Origin: Takakia lepidozioides
Taxonomy: Eukaryota > Plantae > Bryophyta
Direction: 5' to 3'
Assembly: GCA_030704615.1 (NCBI GenBank)
Contig: CM060731.1
Span: 67,890,001-67,954,000 of the forward strand
DNA length: 64,000 bases
The notes beneath the pieces are model-generated. The model was not told the origin of the DNA and did not search any database. It saw only the letters and a list, made by a program, of their open reading frames with translations. A program made the position numbers and the translations under genes. Numbering within the stretch: the first letter of the stretch is position 1; each line of letters starts with the position of its first letter. Positions 48,307 to 59,294 of this stretch are shown one piece after another.

Positions 48307-49411
48307 ATGTCTTCGGTCTTGCTGCGGGTGGGGGGGGGGGCAGTAGCACCGATGCCCTTCACCTTGTCTGTTGGTCATGCAAGTCATGTGGGAACTCTTC
48401 ATGCTCAACAGATGGGGGGATTACCACGGATTGCAGCTAATCAGGTTATGGGTACGCATGCTAGCAATGTCAATACAGTCCCTGTTCATGCTAGCAATTT
48501 AAGCTCTAGAACTGCTCCTATGGTGGGAGTGACGTCCACTCCTCCCATGAGTGGTGTGCCACAGCCCCACTGACAGTCAGTCTACCCAACTACTCAGTCA
48601 AATGTGGTGTCACATGCCTTTTCCATGGGCATGCGGGCACCACATGTAAGTCTATCATCATCTAGTATGGGACCAGCCATTAGTGGGATTAATCAAAGTG
48701 TTGCATCTGCTGTTAATTCTATACATGCTACCAATACCTCTTCTGTTCCTACTCAGGCCACTATTCCCTGCTGCGTTGCTCATGCTTTTGTTCTCCCCGG
48801 GCACATACACCATAGTCTGCCTTGTCATCGGATCCCTCAGCTCACCACTCAATCCTATCCAGAGTATACTATGGGGGAAAACTTTGATAGGTACCTTCAA
48901 ATGTTTGAAGTCATTGCTAGTGTAAATGGAGTGCCTGAGAACTTCAAGATGACCATATTTAGGATGAGCATGAAAGGACCAGCCTGGGACTTGCTGCATG
49001 CAGCAGTCATGGATGATCTCAGCCTCAATTGGGCGACCCTTATAGATTGGGCTAAGACCTTGTTTAAGCCTCATGAAAGACCTCTAGACTGCTTTGCTAA
49101 GCTCTCTTCTAGGACTTACCAGCCTGGAGAATCCCTGTGGCAATTTTACATGGACATCAAGTTTGCTGCTGTTGAGAACATCATTGACCTAACAGAGAGA
49201 GATCGCATGGTCAAAAGGTATTTTCTCGTTGGCTTGCCCCCTGCTATTCAAAACTGGGCTCGGCGTCGTCATTTTATAAATGACAAAACCATGTTAGCAG
49301 AAATTACCCTCAAGATGGCAGATTTGGCTGACAGCAAATCAACGCAACATCATGCCAAGTTTCAAGCTCCAATGGGCTCCGAGCTTGGCATGGCTGCAAT
49401 ATCTGTGCCTT
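48307..49411 (+). pseudogene. Ty3/Gypsy gag (capsid) remnant, truncated
   Basis: ORFs at 48307 and 48604 share a frame across one TGA. FDRYLQMFEVIASVNG...MKGPAWD...W..L...F...LSSRTYQPGESL.QFY...FLVGLP is a retrotransposon gag pattern. Confidence 0.8.
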
Positions 49412-50576
49412 ATGTTCCACCCGATCCTCGTCATTCAACTTGGCCGCCCGGAAGTACTGCTCCAGCTCCAAGAACCAGGTGTTGAGTGCCTTCTAATTTC
49501 GGACGCCCTCGAAGGTGTCGGGTTCCTTAGGCTTCACCTTAAACTTTGCCTTAGTGGAAGTGGCAGTAGTCGCCCTCATCACGTCTTTCAACGTCCCACC
49601 AAACTGCGTTAACAACCCTTTCCAAAAAGCTACTGGCATGGGAGACATCTGTTGGTCTGCTGGAGCCTCCGGGAAGTCCTCGGGCTCCGTCTCCCCAGAT
49701 TCCTCTCGTTCTTGAGCGGCCTCGCTTTCAGAAGCATAAATCACCTCTTCCAATTGCCGCTTCGGTAACACGTCGCCCCACCGGGCTCACCAGGATCATC
49801 ATCTTTTGGGCTGTTCCGCTTTCGCTTTGTCTTGCCCAACCCCATGATGAGGCCGATCTCAAGGACGATCGCGTACTGAACTCTAAGCTCTGATACCAAG
49901 TGTCGCGCACCTCACTTCGGTAAGCTCCCCTTCATGTCATAGTTACTCGCTTTGATGTGCGCGCCTAACTCCCAAACTGGCCGCCGGGCCAACTCGGAGC
50001 TTCGGCTGCTCATCGGGACATAACGGTGTCCCTTTGCTCCTCCACACAACCCTCGCTCACTTTGGGCCTAATGGAAATTCCCTTTGGTTGTTGGCAGTCC
50101 GGAACAGCTCCCCACACCTTGGTCGCTTTCCGGCTCACACGTTTACTCACTAGTTTTTGGTCACCAACGGGCTTGCACCGTTCTCGGGGTTACTACTCCC
50201 TATATATACTTCTGTGACTGTCCGCAGGGCTTGACTCCCGGTGATGAGTCACGGTGAGTCTTGGCCCACCCACCACGGCCCCAATGGACCGTGATGAGTC
50301 CCAAGACCCCCACGACTCCCACCACAAGGTCTCCGCCCCATGGTGAGTCCTACGCCACCCCCACTAAGACCCACTAAGCTACCACCACCCCTCGTGGAAC
50401 CACCCCCACCGCAACCCGGTGTGTGGGGCTCCACCTAGTGAGCGCCTCTGCCTCCTTGAGTGCCTTGGGCACTCAAGGGTGCTTCAGCCCCCGTACCTAT
50501 TGTTGCCACTGGGCCCACCACAGGGGCAGCCCTCTTGTGTCCCAACCCCCTGCCCTCAAGGCAAAGGGCCGCGACA
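49412..50576 (-). mobile_element. 5' part of a second LTR retrotransposon (chromovirus/Galadriel-like gag): 5' LTR 50576-49901, tRNA-iMet PBS 49898-49887, gag 49771-about 49412
   Basis: LTR termini TGTCGCG...CGCGACA; PBS TGGTATCAGAGC lies 2 nt inside; gag KPKEPDTFEGVRN*KALNTWFLELEQYFRAAKLNDEDRV. Confidence 0.9.
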
Positions 50577-50790
50577 CAGACATCAAACCGGAGATGCAGA
50601 CTATGCATCGCAAGCTATGCAAACAATATAAAGATGCCAAAACTATGGCTGAAGCGAATACGTTGTTCCAGATAATTCGTGCCTAGTGGTTCCCATCTGG
50701 GGCTGCATCCTTGGATAGCATGAGAGCTTTGGAAGATTGGCTGGCATTTTGGCACTTCCGTTACACACAATGGGGAGCATCCATGATAAT
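50577..50790 (+). pseudogene. Possible MULE-like transposase remnant interrupted by the LTR element
   Basis: HRKLCKQYKDAKTMAEANTLFQIIRA*WFPSGAASLDSMRALEDWLAFWHFRYTQWG reads as a real protein. Its resemblance to bryophyte Mutator-like ORFs is from memory only. Confidence 0.4.
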
Positions 50791-53697
50791 GGTGCGTGGA
50801 TTTTGTTTCATGCAAATTACAGAACGTTTCTGTTTTTTTTCGCTGCATCGCACTCACTTTCTGGGACTATTCACGTAGAATATCGTCCGTGTCCTCTATC
50901 TTCAGGATGTTAAATGTTTTCCTCTTGCAGTACCTGGAGTGGCATAGACCCCCACAAAGTGAGGGCGTCGACGCACTCTGATTCTGGGGTTTTCTGATTT
51001 TTTTTTTTTCTTCCATCGCCTTGCTCTTTATCATGTGAAATATGCTGTCTTATTTCGGTGCATGCTATGGGAGCACCCCGAAAAACTGAGTGCGTCGACA
51101 CACTCAGTTTTGGTTCCTGGGCGGTGTCCCACTCATTCGCCTCCATGGCACATAAATGAAAGATGTTATTTTCTCCTCTCACTACAAAGGGGCCTGATTT
51201 GTGAGCTGTCGCTCCCAAGTGTTTCATTTAAAAAAAAAAAAAAAAAACCTCTGCAGTGAAAAAATGGTGTAATTTTTAGAAAATTGAGTTCTTAAAGAAT
51301 CTGAATGTGCGTATCTTCCTCCTACACCCACTTGCCAATTTCCAGGGCAACCAACCCAGATCCACAAAACACCACCATTGAATGTGGGACCCATTAGTGG
51401 GGCCATCCGAGAAACATAGCATTTTTTTGGCAATTTTCTTAAGATTTGAGTGAGAGGATCGATTCCAATTGAGCCAAGATTTAGGAAGGCCTCATCCCCT
51501 TGGGATCCCTCGTCCAACAAGCCAAAAACAATCCAATTTGGCCAACACATGTAGTGCTGCCATTTGGTCAAACCTGGGCAGATCCCCTAACAATAACCCT
51601 CTCACATACACGTGCGAAGAAAAACCACAAAAACAGAGCCCCACCGGGGCACGCTAAAACACTCGTTATGGTTGAGGGCACGACAAATTTCATGAGGGCC
51701 CTGAACCTTGGCGTGTCCTTCCGGGCCCGCTATCTCCAACGCAACACAAAGTTAGACACATGTAGAGTCAATCGAGCATGAGGGAGCATCCCACACATGA
51801 GACATTGGCGAGTGGGAGGAGGAGCGGGCACGCTAGTGTGCCACCCATGGGGACATTCCGCCTAGAGCCCCGCCAGCTTCTGCTGGGCTCTACACATGCC
51901 ACGATAAATGGCAATTGATGTACCCATATAACGTGCCATAGGTGAGGAAGCTCTAATAATAAGTACTAGAGTACTAAGAGGTTGGGTAGGGGGTGAGCAT
52001 GCTCACGTGAGCACAAGCGAACATTAAGGATATTCCCTAGATGCCATTCGAATATTCTCCAGCGAAACTAAAATTGAGAAATTAAAAATTTTGCGAAACT
52101 TTTTTTAACTACTCACATAGGCCCTTAGAGCATCACTTAAGAAACAAGTAACACCTATTCACGATAAACATGTTACCCTATGGGCGTGGGGTTTCCTCTT
52201 GTTATGCGAACCGGATACCCCAGAAAACCCCAAAAACAAAAATCGTGGTTTTCAGTTCGGGTATCGGCAGTTTAAGCCCTAGAAAAGTTATTTTCGCACT
52301 GAGAAAATAAATCTGAAGGTACTCATATGCACCGTGCCTGTTAACATGTAATTCCTATGACCGCGGTTTGAAAACATTTAACCCCTATGACCCTGGTTTG
52401 AAAACATTTAACCCCCATGACAGTGGGTCGTGCTCACGCAGCGCTGAGGATACCAACCCCCAGGTACTAATAAGGATGAGCGTCTTCTCCTCACTTTTTG
52501 TACCCTATGTGGATAGAGCCCACCCCTGAAAGGGGAGTACTTACTACTTATCTGCAAGTGAAGAGGCTCTTATTTACTGTAGCTCACGCTGGCGTGTCAC
52601 GTATATATATATACCCTATATGGGGACCCCCTCCAGTCTCCAGAGGTGGTAAATTTAGAGCTTACCAAAAGGGCAGTCAGATCCCACACGTGTCAAGGTG
52701 GGGTAGTTGTACAGGTGTCTTCCAATTGACAGCCAACGAAGGACCTGTCGTTTGTCGCCCTTTCCCAAACCCTCTTGCTGCTACTTGATTGGTTCTTCCC
52801 GCCGCTGTGCCTGCCACCTGCCCTCTTCCCATTGATCCTCTTCCCTTCTCTCAACAAGTCCGCCCCGGCCTCCACATGTATTCGAGTTCATGGAGAGTTT
52901 CGCTGGCGAATTTAAAAAAACTGAATAGGTCTTTTATGAATTTAAAAAGACCATATCATTCACGCCTACACCACTTCTCTGTCACTTGCTGTTGTGATAT
53001 CAAACTCTTCCTACTGAAAATTCTGGACATCACTCTCTATGAATCTCCCATTTGAATGTGGCAATGAGCTGGAGGGTGCAGCAGCACATGAAAAACCTTG
53101 GAATGGGCCAAAGGAGGAGAGGTACTGGGGTGGGACACACCATATGACAACCTGATTGCGTGTTATGGTAGCAAGAGAAGACAAGCAGCATTGAAAAGCT
53201 TTGTCACAAAGTAATGAGTGTCATATCTACTGCAGGCTAGAGGAATAGTGCTGGATGGATTCATATCTACAAAAAACCCGAGGAGGTAGATGTTTAATGA
53301 GAGAATCTGGAAGCAGGAATGCCTCTGTAGGGTGGATCCAAGTTTGCTGCTTAGTATTCTTTACATAGGCCACCAATGAAGTAAAATGGGGTTGCAGGCA
53401 ACTAATGGCTCCATCACAGCCTCTTGATTGTACGACGGTGTGTTGGGGAGTCCCAACGCATCAAGACAGTTCTTGATGACAAAGTCTGGCTGATCTGTCA
53501 CTGCATGAGCTTTTGCAGGGGTGGCTATTACCAAAAACCGCTGGGGAAGGGAAGGAACGGACAGGAAGTTAGAGCAGTACCCAAAGGGCAGAAAGTGCCT
53601 TTCCTGAGTGGAACGCAGGACCAGCTGGTTATGGACAGGCCCAAACATGCTCTTCGTCTGCAAATTCAAAAATCCAAAAACTCCGCAGCATGGGTGT

Positions 53698-56600
53698 CTA
53701 CAGCCCACGAGATCCTCGTGTGGGTCTGAAGGATTTCATGGCAGCAAACACAGATAGATCTCCTGCCAGCTTGGTCCCCTCCGTAATGGAGGACGATGTT
53801 TTCTTCTGCAAAGTCTTATTTAGTTCAGCTGCCTGGCGTCGCAACATTTCAAAGAGGGAGGGCCCAGAGTCGGAGCTGCCCCGATCCGTGTCGGTGTTTC
53901 GTTTTGTTCTTCCTTGGGTCCTTTTGTCCTCCGCTGGGCTTGCCCGCTTCTTTGGAGCTATGGGAGCGGGACTGATGCCGGTTTTTCCCATCTGCATAGC
54001 CATGGAGAGAGTCGTTCAGTTGTACAGAGGTTACGCATCCAGATTGTTTTGATCTCTGCTTTTGCACTATCTCCCGCACGTGTACCCTATAGAGGCGGTT
54101 TTGAACGCATTACCAGGAAAAAGATGGTTAAACTTCTGGCTAACTTAAGTCAAGGAGCTTAATCTTGAAAATACCTTGTCCTCCTGGGCGTCCTCAGGAG
54201 GAAATCCATGGCTGCTGTTGCTGTCATTGCGGCTAAAAACAAATGAGCGGGAACTGCCCGACCCACTTTGCCTCTGCAAAGTAGGCTGAATGGACAGTAG
54301 TGATGCCCGGCCAACAAAAGAGGGCTGCCATTCATTTCAGCACCAAAACAATCGATCAGGGAAAAACCTCACGACATCAGTGATGAACACATGAAATCAA
54401 GCCTTTTGTGCTCAAGTAGAGTGGGACTCGCCGTCCTGATTTTGAACCAATCCACTCTGGATCTATCACTCTTCGAATGTTACCCGGTTAATTTTGTCTT
54501 AGATGGGTCAATTCAAGTTCGTAATCTAGAACGTCAAATCAGATGCGATGGCCTGAGAATTATGCTTGGAGAGAGCTGATATGTAAGCCTCACCTTGGAA
54601 GGAAGAGAAGGGATGTTGCCACTACCAGATCCCCGGCCATCATTGTTTCCTGCACCCTCGCCAACATAGGTGGCCTCGTCATTGGCACAAGATCTAAGCC
54701 AAGATAGAAATGTACCTTATCTGACAGTGCTGACAATATCCAATGTATATAGAAAACTACAAGAACTCATGAGCACCGAGACCATCTTCAGGTGCAATGA
54801 GGACTGGAAACTCATGAGAATATCCTTAGAAGTATTGAGATATCTACATACTTACAATTAAGGTAGCGCAAAAAGGCGTAATGAGAAGATCTGATCTAAG
54901 GTTAGATGGATTTTCAGAGGAGAAAACCAGACACAAACAGCAAAGAAGAAAAACAGAGACAAGGAAAAAGAAAAAGGAAGAAAAAAAAGGACAAAACTCA
55001 TGGGAAGGATACTTCATTCCAATAAGGAGAAATCGTCAACATGTCAGAAAGAAAAGGGGGAAGCTCTGTTGATGGCTTTGTAACAATATTCAGAATGTGT
55101 AGGAACGGGGTGGCTAACCTAGAGTAGGCTTGGCCTTGGCAGATGCAACATTAACTTTGTTGATGAGACCAAACACCTCTCTTGAACTCTCATCCTCTGC
55201 TGGAGACAAGAAAGCGTGTTCTTCCTGCTTCAAACCACAACTTCCTGTGACTTCACTGTCAAAAGGTTTTCTTCAGAATGCACAAACAATCTGAGCATGT
55301 CAAATAAAATGTCATGGTTACTCACGAGATACTTCATGTTAAGAAAGTCAATAATTATACACGAGAATATGTGACAGGACCAACCATAGAAACAAGTGGA
55401 AGGATTGTCTGTGGACTCACTGTTTCCTCAAGCAGCCGCTGCCGGAAAATTGCCTGTTCAGCTTTATCTTCTTCCAAGTCAGTGTCAAACTCAGCACCCT
55501 CGATGTCCATTTCCTCAGTTCCAGGGTACAATTCACTAATGCTCTTAGTCTCTCTCTCTCTCTTCCTCCCTCTCTCAGGCAAACTGATATAGCTGAGCCC
55601 CACTGGCTCCTTCTGTGGGTCAGTTTCTTCATCAGAAATTTCGTTGGTATCACCTCTACTGAAGGCATCAGAATTGTCATCGTCAAGTTCCTCTTCATCA
55701 TCCAGACAGCTGACAACCCTGTCCCGACCTTTCCATTTTGAACTTCGCCCCGTTCTTAGCCGCTCAAGAATGTCATCAGTCTGTGCAGTATCCTGCAAGT
55801 TTGTTCCAAGTTTTAAAATCTCCATTTCCCCACTAGTTGGTATCCACAACACAAGTCATTACCTTCTAGTAGGAGAGTAAACAGTATAGAAGATGCTCCT
55901 ACAAAAGACTGGCAAATGGCCAGGTGGAGAGAAGAGAGTCCAGCAAGATCATATCCATACCTGCTGTTCAAGCCATTTGCGATGGAAAGAGGCACGCCGT
56001 CCCCCATAACCAACATTTTCCTCCTGAGTACTTGCAAACATGTCTCGCAAATCCTCTCCATCTCCCTCAGCTTCTTCTTCTTCTGCGTTTTCTGCCAGCA
56101 GATCTTCATCCTCATCCTCAGCCTCGTCATCGATGAACGCCCTCACATGAGTGGCCATAGTGTAAACCTGAGACTGGACTGCTGGTGTTCGGGAAGAGGG
56201 AACCCTGTTTTCTTTATTACTGTCTTCATCTGGCCATCTGGCTTCCATGGCAGACACATGAGCTAGAAGGTGAGATGTTCGATCATTTTGTCAACTTCAA
56301 CTCACAGAGATGGGAGCAGAGGAACATCACTGCGATAGAGAAGCAGAGACTAGCAGGATTGAGCAAGGAGGGAGACTCACATGCACATTCAGTGGACAAA
56401 ATGAAGGATTTACGAACAAAAGAGGTCGGAAGGGGATTCAATTACCGGGGTGAGTATTCATCCTGGGGCTGTGTGTGAAGTGCCAGCTGCCTATGTGTGC
56501 AAGAGCCAGGAAGATGGTCGTTGTCTTGGTCAGGGGTAGCAGCCTCAGGGCTCTCCACAATCTCTGGGCTTAGCTGTGAGGTACAGAGGAGTTCCTACAA

Positions 56601-58855
56601 ATGCACAGAATCAAAGGACCATTTAATAGTGTCATCTCAGCCTAGAAGACTTCCCTTCAAGCAGAATTGATACATCATCAGAGTAAAGACGAGGAAATGA
56701 GCTGAAGCTCAAACCTGAGAGCCCACTACCGGTGCACACAGCACCCTCTCAGCATCTACTGAACTTGTGCTCCTGGATACCTGGCAGTGGTGGCATGTTA
56801 ACACATACTTCTAAATAAAAAGAACGATACAACCAGGAAAGAGGTATTTAAAAATGTCTTTGTAATCTTCAAGATATATCCCTGCCAGGAAAATGAATGG
56901 GACACTGATCAAATCCTTAGAAACAACGTGGCCTTGATCATATCCCATTCATTTTACATACATCTGAGGATATGGATGGATAGTCTATAGTTAATTCAAA
57001 CCCACCATTAATATCACCTCCACACAATTTCCCAACACACTCACCACATCAGGTTGTGTTAATTCTGTCCGGATCTCAGGTGTCCCTGGAAACTCATCGT
57101 CACCAGCTGGGGCATTGTCAGCTATCTCTTGTGGTGCCAGGGCAGGTACGCTTTCAGGATCCTGTCACCCCACCAACAATCTTACTCCAAAAGACATGCG
57201 CTCCTTCTAGCCAGAAACCTGGAGTATGTATTTTGACATCATGCTACAGGCCTAAGCTGTGATTGATCCAGAAGCAAAGTGTCTGAGACAGCTCGTAACT
57301 GAGCATGTCACATCTGGGACGGAGGCCAAGCCAAAACAATACCAACCATTGGAGGTTGCACTTCTCTCAGATTTGTCACAGGGCAACCATGACCCATATC
57401 CTCTTCCTTCACAAAACAGACTGCCTGAGCATCCAATAGCTGAAACTCAACCTCTGTGTCCTCATCATTTGTCAGATCCACATGTGAGCTAGCCTGGCCA
57501 TGGAGTGCATTGTTCAGCTCTTTGCTTGCAATAACAAATGTTGATTTGGATTCCACTTCTTGGAAGGTATTTGCTTCTGCAGGACTGACCATTGATTGAA
57601 CAACACAACCATCCACAAGGTAAGTATTTATGGCTGTATCTTCAAGCAGCAATAAAAGCCTAGTTTACTAGGTGATCCTTTGAATTTGTGATGCTTGTTG
57701 AAATTAATATTTGTTCCTTGGTTTGTTTGTCCCTTAAGCTTGGAAGTCATAATTAATGACAAATGGCTACCTGCATCCAAGCTGTAACCTCCGTTGCCGG
57801 ATCTTCTGAAGCACAATAGATACAGGCTTCACCACCGGCTCGGGAGCCTGGAATGCCACTTTTGACTCTGCAAACAATTCATGTCAAATCAGCTTTAATA
57901 AGCATCCATGGATGGCTTCAAGATCCTGATTGTTTCGTGGCATGTAAGAACTTAGGCCAGAGGATTGACAAGCAAAGCCAAACTAGAAGATACCCCAATG
58001 ACAGCTCCTGCGAGACAATGCAAACGGCAGAAACCTACGTTCAAGGTGGTAGGCTAAATTATTTAAACAAAGAACAGCTGAAGACAAGGATTAGTTGGAG
58101 AAAGGCCAATATTTCTTCTTAGAACAAGTACTACCTCGTAAAAGTCTTTGAGACTCTGCATACATTTGTTCACGATTTTCACGTTCCTCTTTCTTCTGCC
58201 CCTGCATCAGCAACCACAGTCGCAAGTGTATTTTAGCACTCTCCTTTCTTCAAAAGTCAAACAGCGAGAAGGACTGGTCTGCCATAACACACCTGTTGGA
58301 ACCCCTTCTACCATACCAATGTCCAGGATAGCAACCATGGGAGGCAGAAAAGACATGAAAAAAATTGCACCATTTAAACATATTGACGGACAAATCAAAG
58401 GATGACTAGTTCCCTCAATTGGAGGCCAGTTAAGGCTCCTCATTCGAAAAATCAGTGTGGTCCAACCGGCATGCTGCAAACATGCAAGTCCAAAATCAGG
58501 CAGTTTCAGGGTATGTTATCACCGGAGCGTGCTCCCATTCTGCCAAAAGTGGCTGAGATTCAACTAAAGGTAAGCTGCTCTTCTGATTTGCTCTTCTGAT
58601 TGCAATGATGGTGCTGGGGAAATCACCGGGTACATCATTCCGTGCAAGCATGGAAAGACTGCTGCTCTGACAGTTCATGGATGACCCTCCTTAGACCTCT
58701 AGTGGCCGAAAATTAATGTACAAAAGGGGCCATCAGATCACCTTCTTCCTCGACCTGCTGGGCATTTCAGCTGATTCATTGTCAGTAGATCTCTTCTTCT
58801 TCTCCTTTACAGGCTTCTTTGACGTCTGGTCGAAATCCTCCACTTCTGCACCCAT
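53698..58855 (-). CDS. Claspin/Mrc1-like acidic nuclear protein (plant At1g75150-like family), multi-exon; start codon uncertain (58855 or further upstream)
   Basis: Exons 58201-58135 and 57867-57771 splice to EQMYAESQRLLRESKVAFQAPEPVVKPVSIVLQKIRQRR. Further motifs: SNKEN; VRAFIDDEAEDEDE...DLRDMFA...RRASFHRKWLEQQ|DTAQTDDILERLR; SPAEDESSREVFGLI; SFVGRA...RSFVFSRNDSNS; SLFEMLR...SVFAA. Confidence 0.8.
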
Positions 58856-59118
58856 CTTCCTTCCTTTCTCACCTATACATTCCGTTGCAGCATCTTCACC
58901 CCAAGCGTCTGCATCATCCAGATCTTCTTGTTTTCTCCATGTTGCTTCAGTGATTTGCTTTTGACTTGTGCAATCTACCCAGTGATGTTTCTAATCCCTA
59001 ACTATTTCTTGCCAGATCGTTACTCTCTCATCTTCCTCCCCTCCCTCCTCTCTTCGCCCTCGTTTGAAAAAGCGGGGGGAAGACGATGATGACTCATAGA
59101 GGCATCCATGGCAGACTA

Positions 59119-59138
59119 TCATCCATGTACATGGATGA
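59119..59138. promoter_or_regulatory. Perfect 20-bp palindrome in the short divergent interval between the Claspin-like gene and ZIP4
   Basis: TCATCCATGTACATGGATGA is self-complementary; any regulatory role is inferred from position only. Confidence 0.35.
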
Positions 59139-59294
59139 ATAACATAGTATCGTATATCTATGAAGGATAATGTACATACATACACACTGTATGGTATTAG
59201 TATCGATATAGTATATGGATCATATAGCTGCTGAAGGATTCAGCGGCCATGAAGCTGGAGAAGCTGTCTGAAGTCGGTGAGAATTTACATTGCA

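Noticed and set aside
51082-51111. Hairpin AAAACTGAGTG-CGTCGACA-CACTCAGTTTT as a Helitron 3' end or terminator
   Set aside because: No CTRR terminus follows it and there is no Rep/helicase evidence.
59249-59276. Extra first exon of ZIP4 (MKLEKLSEV G|GTGAGA)
   Set aside because: No nearby acceptor restores the frame, and the ATG at 59295 already gives a family-like N-terminus. It may be a uORF.
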